This document shows positions 39,725 through 48,726 of a stretch of 49,604 nt of DNA, one piece after another. The DNA lies in assembly GCA_037447435.1 (NCBI GenBank), contig JBBIGR010000039.1, positions 1 to 49,604 of the forward strand, read 5' to 3'. The translations under genes and the position numbers were made by a program. Every line of letters begins with the position of its first letter. Position 1 is the first letter of the stretch. Source of the DNA: Fibrobacteria bacterium. Its GTDB lineage: Bacteria > Fibrobacterota > Chitinivibrionia > Chitinivibrionales > FEN-1185. A model generated the notes under the pieces. That model was not told the origin of the DNA and made no database searches. It saw only the letters and a list, made by a program, of their open reading frames with translations.

Positions 39725-40090
39725 TTAAGGCAGATAATTGATTATTTGCGTTCCATTGAATTGAAACGCTCCTTGATAAATGGCATTCTCGATGACGGCG
39801 GGATTGATTGTTGCGGTTATGTTGTCGGTTTTTCCTGCGCTTTGCATGAGCATGGGTGTAAACGTCGGACGCTGGTCTGCTTTTATGAGAACCATTTGGG
39901 GACGCCTGATTTTTCCTTCAATTTTTTGTTCTTCGAAAATTATTTTTTGAACGGCAGCCTTGCCCCGTTCCGTTGTTTTCGCCTGCGACGCGGGGTTTGG
40001 TTTCGTTTCGCTTGCAAAACCGGTAAATGAAACTATGAGCGGAATTGCTATTATCTGGAATAATAAACGGAAATTGTGTTTTGCAGCCAT
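39725..40090 (-). CDS. Small exported protein, GltF/CglF-like
   Basis: Signal peptide; KIIFEEQKIEGKIRRPQMVLI resembles the (F/L)..(I/V)EG...(K/R)P core of GltF-family proteins. Confidence 0.6.
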   Translation of the reverse strand: MAAKHNFRLLFQIIAIPLIVSFTGFASETKPNPASQAKTTERGKAAVQKIIFEEQKIEGKIRRPQMVLIKADQRPTFTPMLMQSAGKTDNITATINPAVIENAIYQGAFQFNGTQIINYLP

Positions 40091-40243
40091 GGAGAAATAT
40101 CTCTTTCTTTTGCTTTCTATAAATTTACCATGCCCCAAAGTAAAAATCAAATGAAGCAGGATTATAACGGGAAAATAGTTATTTGCAGTGGGAGCTCACG
40201 GATTGGCAAGCAAATTGAATCGGGTAAATACGGGCATATAATT

Positions 40244-40271
40244 GTATAGACGTAGCATGTAATGCCTCTAC
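40244..40271. repeat. Degenerate REP-like palindrome
   Basis: GTATAGACGTAGCATGTAATGCCTCTAC, related to the palindrome at 20637-20663. Confidence 0.5.
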
Positions 40272-40315
40272 GGGATGTATTTTATACGCGGCCCTATCTT
40301 TAGAGGAAAATTTCA

Positions 40316-40687
40316 ATGACTGTAAAAGTGCTCGTTGCGGATGACGATTTGGATGTTCATGAATTGGTCAATGATATCCTTTTGATTACGTTTAAGGATG
40401 TAATCATCGAAAGGGTTTTAAGTGCCGAAGCTTTTCGTGCAAAGCTTATGTCGCAAGCTGATTTTAATTTACTCCTCATCGCCTCGGGCCTTACCGATGC
40501 TTCTGAAAAAACAATACTTTCCATAGTGCTCGATGAATTCCCGGCCTTGGTTTCCCAGGTTGCGGTTATCGAGGAAGCTGCGGCTTCCGCCCGATTCGAC
40601 AATGACGGCAGCCCTTTGCCGCTGATTAGAAAACCGTTTTCTCTCGACGAATTCAGTGAAGTCATAAAAAAGATTTGTCGTGTATGA
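40316..40687 (+). CDS. Single-domain receiver protein (pseudo-receiver, phospho-acceptor Asp replaced by Ala)
   Basis: KVLVADDD acidic pocket and KPF retained; beta3 reads FNLLLIA rather than ..D. Confidence 0.8.
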   Translation: MTVKVLVADDDLDVHELVNDILLITFKDVIIERVLSAEAFRAKLMSQADFNLLLIASGLTDASEKTILSIVLDEFPALVSQVAVIEEAAASARFDNDGSPLPLIRKPFSLDEFSEVIKKICRV

Positions 40688-42066
40688 GCCTCCGTGCGAC
40701 ACCGAATTCCCTTTCGGTTTGCATGATCGTAAAAAACGAGGCTGCGACGATAGTGCGTTGTCTGTCGAGCATCAAACCCGCGGCACATGAAATAATCGTC
40801 GTTGATACCGGTTCTTTGGACGATACGGTCGCGCTTACAAAATCCCTGGGCGTTACGGTGATACAATCGGATTGGCGCGATGATTTTTCCTATTCCCGCA
40901 ATATCTCATTAAAGGCGGCAAAAGGCACATGGATTTTGTGGCTTGATGCCGACGATGTCGTACCCGCAGCGTCATTACAAAAAATCAAGGACCTTTCGGC
41001 GTCTGCCCCCGACCGGGTATACGGGTTTATTATAAAAAACGAAAAACCGGGTAACACCGGCTCGGAGTTCATGCAGGCGCGAATGTTTCCGAATCGGCCC
41101 GATATTTATTTTGAACGCCGCATTCACGAACAAATGATGCTGTCTGCGTTACGAATCGGCATGCATATGCAGGAAACCGATGTCGTCATAGAACATCACG
41201 GTTACGCCGATGCTGAAAAAGTAAAAGAAAAATCGGCGAGAAACGTCGGGTTATTACTTGCGGAATGGGATTCGTCACGGCCCGATGCGGTCATGGCAAT
41301 CGAAATAGCGGATTCGTATTACACGCTTGGCGACAACGAAAAGGCTCGCCAATGGTATAAAACGGTGTTGTCGGTTCCTTGTTGTGAAGATGCTATGCCG
41401 CATGTTGCGAGCCAGGCATATCTTGGGCTGGGCAATATCGCCAATAAAAACGAGAAATTCAAAGAAGCGATTTTATTTCTTGAAAAAGCGGTAACGCTTT
41501 GTAAAGACAGGTCCGATGCGCTCTTTTCGCTTGCCGTTGCACAGGATTTGTCGGGCGATTTGACGGCAGCGGCACGTACGCTATTTACCCTGATTTCCAA
41601 AAGCGGGCCGACGCTCACCGTGGGAGTTGATTATAGGGAAGCGACGATCAAAGCGTATTTACGCTTGGAACGCATACTCACGGAATTGGGAAAAGAAGAC
41701 GAATTGTTTGCGCTTGCTCAAAAAGCCCGTATCGAACTTGCGCACAGGCCCGAAATACAGAATATGGCCGGCCGTGTTTTGTATAAAAATAAAAAGCTTA
41801 TGGATGCGCTGCACGCTTTTGAAAAAAGTCTGGAAATAGAGCCGCGGGGAAATTGCGAAGCCTATATCGGACTTTGCATCATTTACGCCGCAGCGGGCAG
41901 AAAAGACCACGCCGAAGCAACTTTGCGGACCGTACAATCGCAGTTTGAAACCAGGCCGCTTTTTTGGGCATATTGGCATATGATTTTTCCCGGCGACAGT
42001 CTCCTTCGAACGGATACCGCCGCAATTGAAAAGGAAACGCAAACCCTTAAAAAGCTTTTCCTCTAA
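40684..42066 (+). CDS. Glycosyltransferase family 2 protein with TPR repeats
   Basis: LSVCMIVKNE, VDTGS.D.T, DFSYSRN, LWLDADD, RIHEQ, HHGY; C-terminal TPRs; ATGA overlap with the receiver gene. Confidence 0.92.
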   Translation: MSLRATPNSLSVCMIVKNEAATIVRCLSSIKPAAHEIIVVDTGSLDDTVALTKSLGVTVIQSDWRDDFSYSRNISLKAAKGTWILWLDADDVVPAASLQKIKDLSASAPDRVYGFIIKNEKPGNTGSEFMQARMFPNRPDIYFERRIHEQMMLSALRIGMHMQETDVVIEHHGYADAEKVKEKSARNVGLLLAEWDSSRPDAVMAIEIADSYYTLGDNEKARQWYKTVLSVPCCEDAMPHVASQAYLGLGNIANKNEKFKEAILFLEKAVTLCKDRSDALFSLAVAQDLSGDLTAAARTLFTLISKSGPTLTVGVDYREATIKAYLRLERILTELGKEDELFALAQKARIELAHRPEIQNMAGRVLYKNKKLMDALHAFEKSLEIEPRGNCEAYIGLCIIYAAAGRKDHAEATLRTVQSQFETRPLFWAYWHMIFPGDSLLRTDTAAIEKETQTLKKLFL

Positions 42067-42070
42067 TATC

Positions 42071-42841
42071 ATGTTTTTCGACTCCCATTGCCATTTGCAA
42101 GACCCGCGCATCGCTCCCTTTCTGGACGCAATCTTGGATCGCGCTAAAAAAGCCGGAGTACACGGCTTTCTTTGTTGCGCAAGCGAAGAAAACGATTGGC
42201 CGAATGTAGCGTCGGTTGCAAAACATCATACGGCTGTTGTTGCGGCATACGGGCTTCATCCATGGTATGTCATGGGCCGGTCGTCGCAATGGCTAGACAA
42301 ATTGGAAACCATCCTGGTCGATAACCCGGCCGCGTGTATCGGTGAAATCGGTCTTGACCATTGCCTTGAAAAAGATACGTTTGCCGACCAGGAATCCGTT
42401 TTTGTCGATCAGCTGACGTTGAGCGCGAAACTTTCAAGGCCCGTTTCGATTCATTGCAGAAAAGCGTTCGGCAGGATGATGGAAATTCTGAAACGACATT
42501 TTCCCTCTTGCACGTCGGGTGCAATTCATTCGTACAGCGGCGCGCCCGACCTTGTTCCCCTTTTTACTAAAATGGGAATAAGCGTTTCATTCTCCGGTTC
42601 GCTTACTTTTCCAAACAGTAAACGCGCGCAGGCTTCTGCGGCCCTTGTTTCCGCGGAAAAACTCCTCTTAGAGACCGACAGCCCGGACATCAAACCTTTC
42701 GCATGCGACACCCAATTCAACGAACCTGCACATATCGTCGCTGTTTCGAGAAAACTTGCAGAAATTCGGAATGTGCCGATTGAGGAAATAGAAACAACGA
42801 CCTGGGAAAATGCAAAAACCCTTTTTAGGCATCCTGTTTGA
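42071..42841 (+). CDS. tatD: TatD family hydrolase
   Basis: FDSHCH, GLHPW, IGEIGLD, SIHCRKA, IHSYSG, LETDSPD, NEP. Confidence 0.93.
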   Translation: MFFDSHCHLQDPRIAPFLDAILDRAKKAGVHGFLCCASEENDWPNVASVAKHHTAVVAAYGLHPWYVMGRSSQWLDKLETILVDNPAACIGEIGLDHCLEKDTFADQESVFVDQLTLSAKLSRPVSIHCRKAFGRMMEILKRHFPSCTSGAIHSYSGAPDLVPLFTKMGISVSFSGSLTFPNSKRAQASAALVSAEKLLLETDSPDIKPFACDTQFNEPAHIVAVSRKLAEIRNVPIEEIETTTWENAKTLFRHPV

Positions 42842-42981
42842 GTTCCATGACCATGAGCGCGGCGTTTTAAGGTTGAAACAAAAATCCTCTTAATTTTTTT
42901 TTTTCGTACGACCGATTAGTAAAACCATATTCGCCATGTATCTTCGTAATCCTTAATAAGGGGCAAACAGACGAGGAAAAC

Positions 42982-43953
42982 ATGGAGCAAGACAAATCGC
43001 CTGATGTTTTGGATGCTTATTCGAAAGCCGTTATTCAGGCAGCGGAACTGGTCACGCCTGCCGTGGTTCGTATCGATGTGAAAAAAAACGGCAGCAATAG
43101 CGGCATGAGCGACGGAGCCGGTGTTGACGGCGGCAGCGGGTCGGGAATGATTTTTACTTCCGACGGGATGATTCTAACTAACAGCCATGTCATCCATGAG
43201 GGCCGGCACATCGACGTTACCTTGCTTGACGGCAGAAAATACCGGGCGCAGGTGATCGGCGATGATGCGGCAACCGACATCGGCGTCATCAGGATAGTTG
43301 CGCCGGATTTGGCAATGGTCAAGTTCGGCGATTCAAAGCAATTACGGGTTGGTCAATTGGTCGTCGCAATAGGAAATCCGTTCGGCTTCCAATGCACGGT
43401 CACCGCCGGCGTCGTCAGTGCGCTCGGAAGATCGCTTCGGTCTCAGTCGGGGCGGCTTATGGACAATATCATACAAACCGACGCTGCGCTGAATCCCGGT
43501 AATTCCGGGGGTCCGCTTGTCAATGCGCTCGGCGAAGTCGTCGGCGTCAACACGGCGACGATTTTACCCGCGCAAGGTCTTTGTTTTGCGGTTGCCGCCA
43601 ACACCGCCCGATTGGTGGTCATGGAACTGTTGAAAGAGGGAAAAGTACGGCGAAGCTATCTTGGGATCGCGGGTCAAACGGCTCCGTTGCACCGGCGTGT
43701 CGTGCGATTTTATAATCTCGACGTCGAAAACGGCGTTTTCGTCACGAACGTCGTGCCCGGCAGTCCTGCGGAAAAAGCGGGAGTGATGAACGGGGACATG
43801 GTCATCGAATTCGAAGGCGCCGCAATCGACGGTATCGACGATTTGCAAAAGCATCTTGTTTTCGAAAATGTCGGAAAAAAATCCTCGATCGTCGTGTTGA
43901 GGAATTTTACCGAAAAGGTAACGCTTGCGGTGACGCCGGTCGAATCGGAGTAA
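42982..43953 (+). CDS. HtrA/DegQ-like trypsin serine protease with one PDZ domain, no obvious signal peptide
   Basis: Triad TNSHV, TDIGV, NPGNSGGPL; IQTDAALN; PDZ SPAEKAG...GD. Confidence 0.93.
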   Translation: MEQDKSPDVLDAYSKAVIQAAELVTPAVVRIDVKKNGSNSGMSDGAGVDGGSGSGMIFTSDGMILTNSHVIHEGRHIDVTLLDGRKYRAQVIGDDAATDIGVIRIVAPDLAMVKFGDSKQLRVGQLVVAIGNPFGFQCTVTAGVVSALGRSLRSQSGRLMDNIIQTDAALNPGNSGGPLVNALGEVVGVNTATILPAQGLCFAVAANTARLVVMELLKEGKVRRSYLGIAGQTAPLHRRVVRFYNLDVENGVFVTNVVPGSPAEKAGVMNGDMVIEFEGAAIDGIDDLQKHLVFENVGKKSSIVVLRNFTEKVTLAVTPVESE

Positions 43954-43971
43954 TTTTTCGCACTCCCCCGG

Positions 43972-46900
43972 TTACCGGAACAGACACAGCTTTTTCTTGA
44001 CGGCAAAGTCGCCTGCTCTAAAATCAAGAATATAGTAATTGTCCGATGCGGTAAACGGGGCCAGCGGTATGCGGTAGTATCCCGGCGATTGGAACGCATC
44101 GCAGAGGGTGGCGGCGAGTTTGCCCTGCATGCTGAAAATCCTGATTCTCACTTTCGATGCAATGGGGATCGCATAGCGTACGGATGAGCTTGAATTTTGC
44201 AATCCGGTCAATTTACAGGAAAAGGTTTTGGGCAAAACCGTGGAGACCGGCAATCGGACCATGAATTTGTAAACAGCGCTTTGCGTACCCCATCCCGCCG
44301 CGTCATGTGCGGTAACCCGCCAGAAGCTTCCCGATTTATTTGAGAGCCCGCTTATTGTTTTGACCGTATCGGTAAGGGTAGAATCGAAAAACACGATAGT
44401 TGCCATAGAGGAATCCTTTGCGATTTCCAATTGGAATTTATCGGCGGCCGGAACGGATTGGGTCCACGAAAAACCGCTGCTGTCGGCGGTCACGATCGCG
44501 GTGTCTTTTGGAAAAAGTAATTGCACTTTGGAAGGAAGCGGCGGCAATGTCGTAAAACTCCAGGCTGCGGACCAACCGCTCGTTCCGCCCGCATTGCCGG
44601 CATCGACGCGCCAATAATAAGTCGTATTGTTTGTAAGCGGTCCGACGATTTTCGAAAGCGCGGTAATTGCCGTGTCATTGATAATGGTGTCGCCGAAAGC
44701 GGCCTTTGTTGATAATTGCAAATGATACGCAACGGCGCGCGCCGATGCATTCCATGAAAGTTCGGGACTGAGGCCGACGGATGCGTTGTTGTTTGCGGGG
44801 AAGGTAAGAACGGGTGTCGGCGGTTTGTCGATGAGAAAGCCTACAGAGATTGTTTTTGGGGCACTCATCGAAATCGACAGGGGATTGGTTGTCCCGCTTG
44901 CGTCTTGGCTCCATCCCGTAAAGGAAAACCCGGCCGGAGGAATCGCGGTAAGCGTTATCACCGTTCCTGAATCGTAAACGTTTTGGTCCGGTGACTTTGA
45001 AACGGTACCGTTTGGGGCGTTTATTGTCAGCGTATATTGTTTAATTGCAAAATTTGCCGCAATCGAACCGGGGCCGGTTATGATGAATTTTCCGACGGTA
45101 TTGGACTCGATCGCGGAAATCCCGTTCGGCACGGACCAGTTTACAAAGGAATACCCCGGATTGGGGATTGCCGTATCGACAAGGGTGTCGCCGTGATTGA
45201 AAGTCAATGCGCCCGAGGGTTTGGTCTGGCCGTTGCCGCAGGAAACGGTTACCGTATAAGAATTGATCGCGAAATTTGCCGTGACATTTTTAGGGCCGGT
45301 CATACCCAAAGTCGCGGATGCCGACGTACCGGCTAGGTCGCCGCTCCAACCGGTAAAATGGTATCCGGTACGGGGCGCAGCGGTAAGCGTCACCGTTGTT
45401 CCCGTGTCGAAAACGGATTGGTCGGGCACTTTTGCGACCGTACCGTTTGCGGCGGTTACGGTAAGCGGAAAAGCGGTGACTGCGAAATTCGCTTGTATGG
45501 TCCCATTGCCGGTGACGACGAATTTTCCCATTACGCCGGTCGCGACAGCCGTGATATTGCCGGCCGTCGTCCAATTAACAAAAGTAAATCCGGAGTTCGG
45601 GTTTGCCGTGTCTTTGAGGGTGTCGCCATGGATAATGGTGAACGTTCCCGACGGTTTTGCCAGGCCGTTTCCGCCGCTTGCCACCGTTACGGTATAGGTG
45701 TTGATGGAAAAAACCGCGGCAATATTTTTCGCGCCGGTCATGATCGTCGACAGGGGGTTTGTCGCATCGGTTTGATCGCCTGTCCAGCCGGTAAAATGAT
45801 AACCGGGTAAGGGAATCGGGGTGAGCGTCACGACCGTTCCGGAATCGTATGCGGATTGGTCGGGCGACCGCAGTACCGATCCGTGGGTCGCCGTTGTGGT
45901 CAAGGAATATTGCTTTAATGGGAAATTGGCGACGATCGATTTGTTACCGCTCATTGCTACGGTTGCCGGATTTGCCGATCCCGAAAGGTCGCCGCTCCAT
46001 CCGGTAAAAGTCGCGCCGACACCCGCCGACGCGGTGAGAGTCACTACGGTGCCGGAATCGTATTGCACGAGGTCAGGGGATTTTGCGACCGTCCCGTGGG
46101 CAGCGGTAATTGCGAGCGAAAATTGCCTGATTGTCGAAAAGGCACGGTAGGCGGACCACGGCCCTGCCGTATGCGCATTCCTGGACCGGACGCGCCAATA
46201 ATAGGTTGTCCCGTTGCTCAGCCCGGTAACGGATTTCGATCCGGTTGTCAATAGGGAATCCTGGACAATGAAAGAAGAGAATGCCGGGTTTGTCGAAACC
46301 TGGAGTTGATAAAAGACGGCGTTGCGCACCGTTGACCATGTCAATGTTTGCGAAACGGACAAACCGCTCGAATTGTTCGGCGGCAACGCGGGCGCCGGAG
46401 GCGGAAGGTACACGTATAAGAGCCCGGCACCATATACCGAATCGGTTCCCGCTTGTCCTACGTCCATTGCCATCGCGCGGAGCGAATCCTCAAGCGCCGT
46501 TACCGAAAGCGCAGGATATTTTTGTAAAAACAATGCCGCCGCTCCCGCAACGACCGGGCTTGAAAAAGAGGTGCCTTGCATGCCGGTCCCCAAGGAAACC
46601 CTCGTACTGTCGGGCCCGACCAGGTCCGGTTTCATCCGGCCGTCATTGGTTGGTCCTTGACTCGAATACGAATCGATGGTCGGCGGCGATAACGGCCAAT
46701 TGTTAATACTTACCGCACCGACCGAAAAAGCGCCATGGGCGTCGGCGGGATTTTGCAGGCTCGATCCTGCCACCGGATATTGCAGGTCGGCATCCGGCGA
46801 GAAAAGGGTTATGTCAAAAGTGTCTGCGGAAATAGGACCAAGGCGTTTTTTTACTTTGATCGAATAGGGGGCAAGCGATGCGCTGTAAGGAAACGTCACA

Positions 46901-48036
46901 TTTTCCGCAGGCGGATAATAGGGCTGCGAGTAGACGCTGCTGTCGACGCAATGATTGTTTTTGTCGTATACGTACAGGTTAAGGTCCGTCAATCTTGTTT
47001 TGTATTGGTTCCAATTACAACTGACGGTCATACTGTTGCCGTACGGTATCTCGGAAATCGGCATTGCTTCGATACCCGGTAAAAATTCCAAAAGGCTGTC
47101 GCCGTCCGTGTCTTTCCATTTTCCGCGCCAATGCCGCCGGGCCTCGTTTCCCGAGGAAACAGCCCAGAACACGCCGTCGTTGTCGTGGGAAAAATTCACC
47201 AAACTGTCGACTTTTCCTTTGTCATCGTAATAACTGCCGTTTGTCCAGCCCACCGAATGATTCGCGATGCGAATTCGCCTTGCCCTGATCGTGTCGATCG
47301 CATTATCCATGTCAACGATGTCGCCTATCATAATGCAATACAATTGGATTTCGGGAGCCATGTCGGCCAATTGCTCGGCCACCTCGACCCCGTGCGACGT
47401 GACGGTTTCGATATTGTCGTCGTTGCTGCCGGGCAAGTTGATGGTCACCGTACCAGCCGGAAGTTCGCTGCCCTTTGCGGCGTTGAGGCCGATAAACCCC
47501 AGGTCTACGACCGCAACGCCGACATTGCTTCCTTTGATACCCTGGGCCTGCAAGGAATCTGCATTTGTCAGTCTGACCGCTTCGGTGACCGTGGACCCCA
47601 AACCGACCGACATCGCATTCGGTTTTAGCGGCGTGTTCAAAGCCCGGATTTGGGGATGTTGCGCAAGCGTCCGGATCAGTCTCATCGGCGCTAAAACGCG
47701 AATATATGATTTGGAAACAGCATCGACGACGATGCCCCGGTTGTTAAGCCAGGTCCGGTCGAAGTTTTTGGGAGTAATGCCGTCGTTCATTTCCAGGACA
47801 AAGGGGAATAAGGCTTCTTGGCCGTTTTTCTGGAAATACCGGACGCCGTGCCTTTTTGCATGATCCAGCGCCGCCGATTCGCCGCGCGCGTCAAAATCGC
47901 CGAGCATAGTCTTGAAAATCGGCGGGATTTTGGCGTCATTGTCTTGCGCCCGGCATACGGTACTGTTCGCAAAAATCAGAATCGTTACGGCGATAAAGAG
48001 GGAAGTTGCATTTGTAAGACGTTGATGTAAAGGCAT
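43972..48036 (-). CDS. Secreted modular S8 (subtilisin-like) serine protease with FN3-like domains, six InlB B-repeat-like units and a C-terminal T9SS/FlgD-like sorting domain
   Basis: Signal peptide; triad VAVVDLGF, SHGVEVA, GTSFSSPVVAG; YSSQGPTNDGRMKPD; TTYYWRV FN3-like domains; C-terminal VRIRIFSMQGK...GYY...YYIL...KKKL. Confidence 0.9.
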   Translation of the reverse strand: MPLHQRLTNATSLFIAVTILIFANSTVCRAQDNDAKIPPIFKTMLGDFDARGESAALDHAKRHGVRYFQKNGQEALFPFVLEMNDGITPKNFDRTWLNNRGIVVDAVSKSYIRVLAPMRLIRTLAQHPQIRALNTPLKPNAMSVGLGSTVTEAVRLTNADSLQAQGIKGSNVGVAVVDLGFIGLNAAKGSELPAGTVTINLPGSNDDNIETVTSHGVEVAEQLADMAPEIQLYCIMIGDIVDMDNAIDTIRARRIRIANHSVGWTNGSYYDDKGKVDSLVNFSHDNDGVFWAVSSGNEARRHWRGKWKDTDGDSLLEFLPGIEAMPISEIPYGNSMTVSCNWNQYKTRLTDLNLYVYDKNNHCVDSSVYSQPYYPPAENVTFPYSASLAPYSIKVKKRLGPISADTFDITLFSPDADLQYPVAGSSLQNPADAHGAFSVGAVSINNWPLSPPTIDSYSSQGPTNDGRMKPDLVGPDSTRVSLGTGMQGTSFSSPVVAGAAALFLQKYPALSVTALEDSLRAMAMDVGQAGTDSVYGAGLLYVYLPPPAPALPPNNSSGLSVSQTLTWSTVRNAVFYQLQVSTNPAFSSFIVQDSLLTTGSKSVTGLSNGTTYYWRVRSRNAHTAGPWSAYRAFSTIRQFSLAITAAHGTVAKSPDLVQYDSGTVVTLTASAGVGATFTGWSGDLSGSANPATVAMSGNKSIVANFPLKQYSLTTTATHGSVLRSPDQSAYDSGTVVTLTPIPLPGYHFTGWTGDQTDATNPLSTIMTGAKNIAAVFSINTYTVTVASGGNGLAKPSGTFTIIHGDTLKDTANPNSGFTFVNWTTAGNITAVATGVMGKFVVTGNGTIQANFAVTAFPLTVTAANGTVAKVPDQSVFDTGTTVTLTAAPRTGYHFTGWSGDLAGTSASATLGMTGPKNVTANFAINSYTVTVSCGNGQTKPSGALTFNHGDTLVDTAIPNPGYSFVNWSVPNGISAIESNTVGKFIITGPGSIAANFAIKQYTLTINAPNGTVSKSPDQNVYDSGTVITLTAIPPAGFSFTGWSQDASGTTNPLSISMSAPKTISVGFLIDKPPTPVLTFPANNNASVGLSPELSWNASARAVAYHLQLSTKAAFGDTIINDTAITALSKIVGPLTNNTTYYWRVDAGNAGGTSGWSAAWSFTTLPPLPSKVQLLFPKDTAIVTADSSGFSWTQSVPAADKFQLEIAKDSSMATIVFFDSTLTDTVKTISGLSNKSGSFWRVTAHDAAGWGTQSAVYKFMVRLPVSTVLPKTFSCKLTGLQNSSSSVRYAIPIASKVRIRIFSMQGKLAATLCDAFQSPGYYRIPLAPFTASDNYYILDFRAGDFAVKKKLCLFR
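44827..46122 (-). repeat. Six tandem ~70-75 aa InlB B-repeat-like units inside the S8 gene (pattern A-A-B-A-B-A)
   Basis: A type: GTV.K.PDQ..YDSGT.VTLTA.P..G..FTGWS; B type: YTVTV..GNG..KPSG.....HGDTL.DTA.PN.G..FVNW...GKF..TG.G.I.ANF. Confidence 0.85.
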
Positions 48037-48273
48037 TTATATCCTTTTAAAATTCTTGGACGTATAGGTTCGCACGGTATGCTCTGCAGTAAATATACAA
48101 TATATAATGATAATCAATAATGGGAAAATCGCCGGACTTTTTTGATTAAAACGGCATACGAAGATGGATGCGAAAGTATTTGTGTTTATGTCCCAGCGTT
48201 CACCATTTTACAAAGAAAGGCAAAAGGCCTTAAAAAAGGCCGTATCGATAGCGGATAATTAAAATGAGGCACC

Positions 48274-48726
48274 ATGAAAAAAACAATTGCATTCGCGATC
48301 CTGTTTGTATTCTCTTGTGCTGCATTTGCAAATGACGGTAAAATGGTCTTTCTTACCGTGGTGCAAAAGCCGCAAAGTATACGGGTGAAAGACGCGGTGG
48401 TCGTGATCGGGACGCCGCGCGGACGTTTTGTCGCATCTTTTGGAAATGCCCTGTACGAATTGCAAGACCGGCGCGGGACGGTGATAGAGTCCGGATTCGT
48501 TCCGCCGCCGCCCTTGACTTCCGATGTCCCCGATTCTTTAGGCCGCCTTTTCGGAGGCCCTGTTGCCCGTGATTCCGTGGAGTTCAGTTTTCGCGTTCCT
48601 TTTTACGACAGCGCTGCAGTATTGAAATTCTATACTGTAAATAAAGACGACGCCGGTCGCACGCTTCGCAAAACAATAAAGGGTGCACAGCTCGGGGCGT
48701 TTGATTTGCAAAAGGCAGTCAAATGA
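48274..48726 (+). CDS. Exported hypothetical protein
   Basis: GAGG RBS; signal peptide MKKTIAFAILFVFSCAAFA; ATGA-coupled to the downstream peptidase. Confidence 0.8.
   Translation: MKKTIAFAILFVFSCAAFANDGKMVFLTVVQKPQSIRVKDAVVVIGTPRGRFVASFGNALYELQDRRGTVIESGFVPPPPLTSDVPDSLGRLFGGPVARDSVEFSFRVPFYDSAAVLKFYTVNKDDAGRTLRKTIKGAQLGAFDLQKAVK

Noticed and set aside
42894..42904. Poly-T run upstream of the HtrA-like gene as a phase-variation tract
   Set aside because: Intergenic T11 in an AT-rich spacer; cannot be tied to a promoter spacer from the sequence alone.
44827..46122. Periodic sequence as a CRISPR array or DGR template/variable repeat
   Set aside because: Repeats are about 210-225 nt, degenerate at DNA level and in frame within the S8 protein; no cas or reverse transcriptase gene seen.
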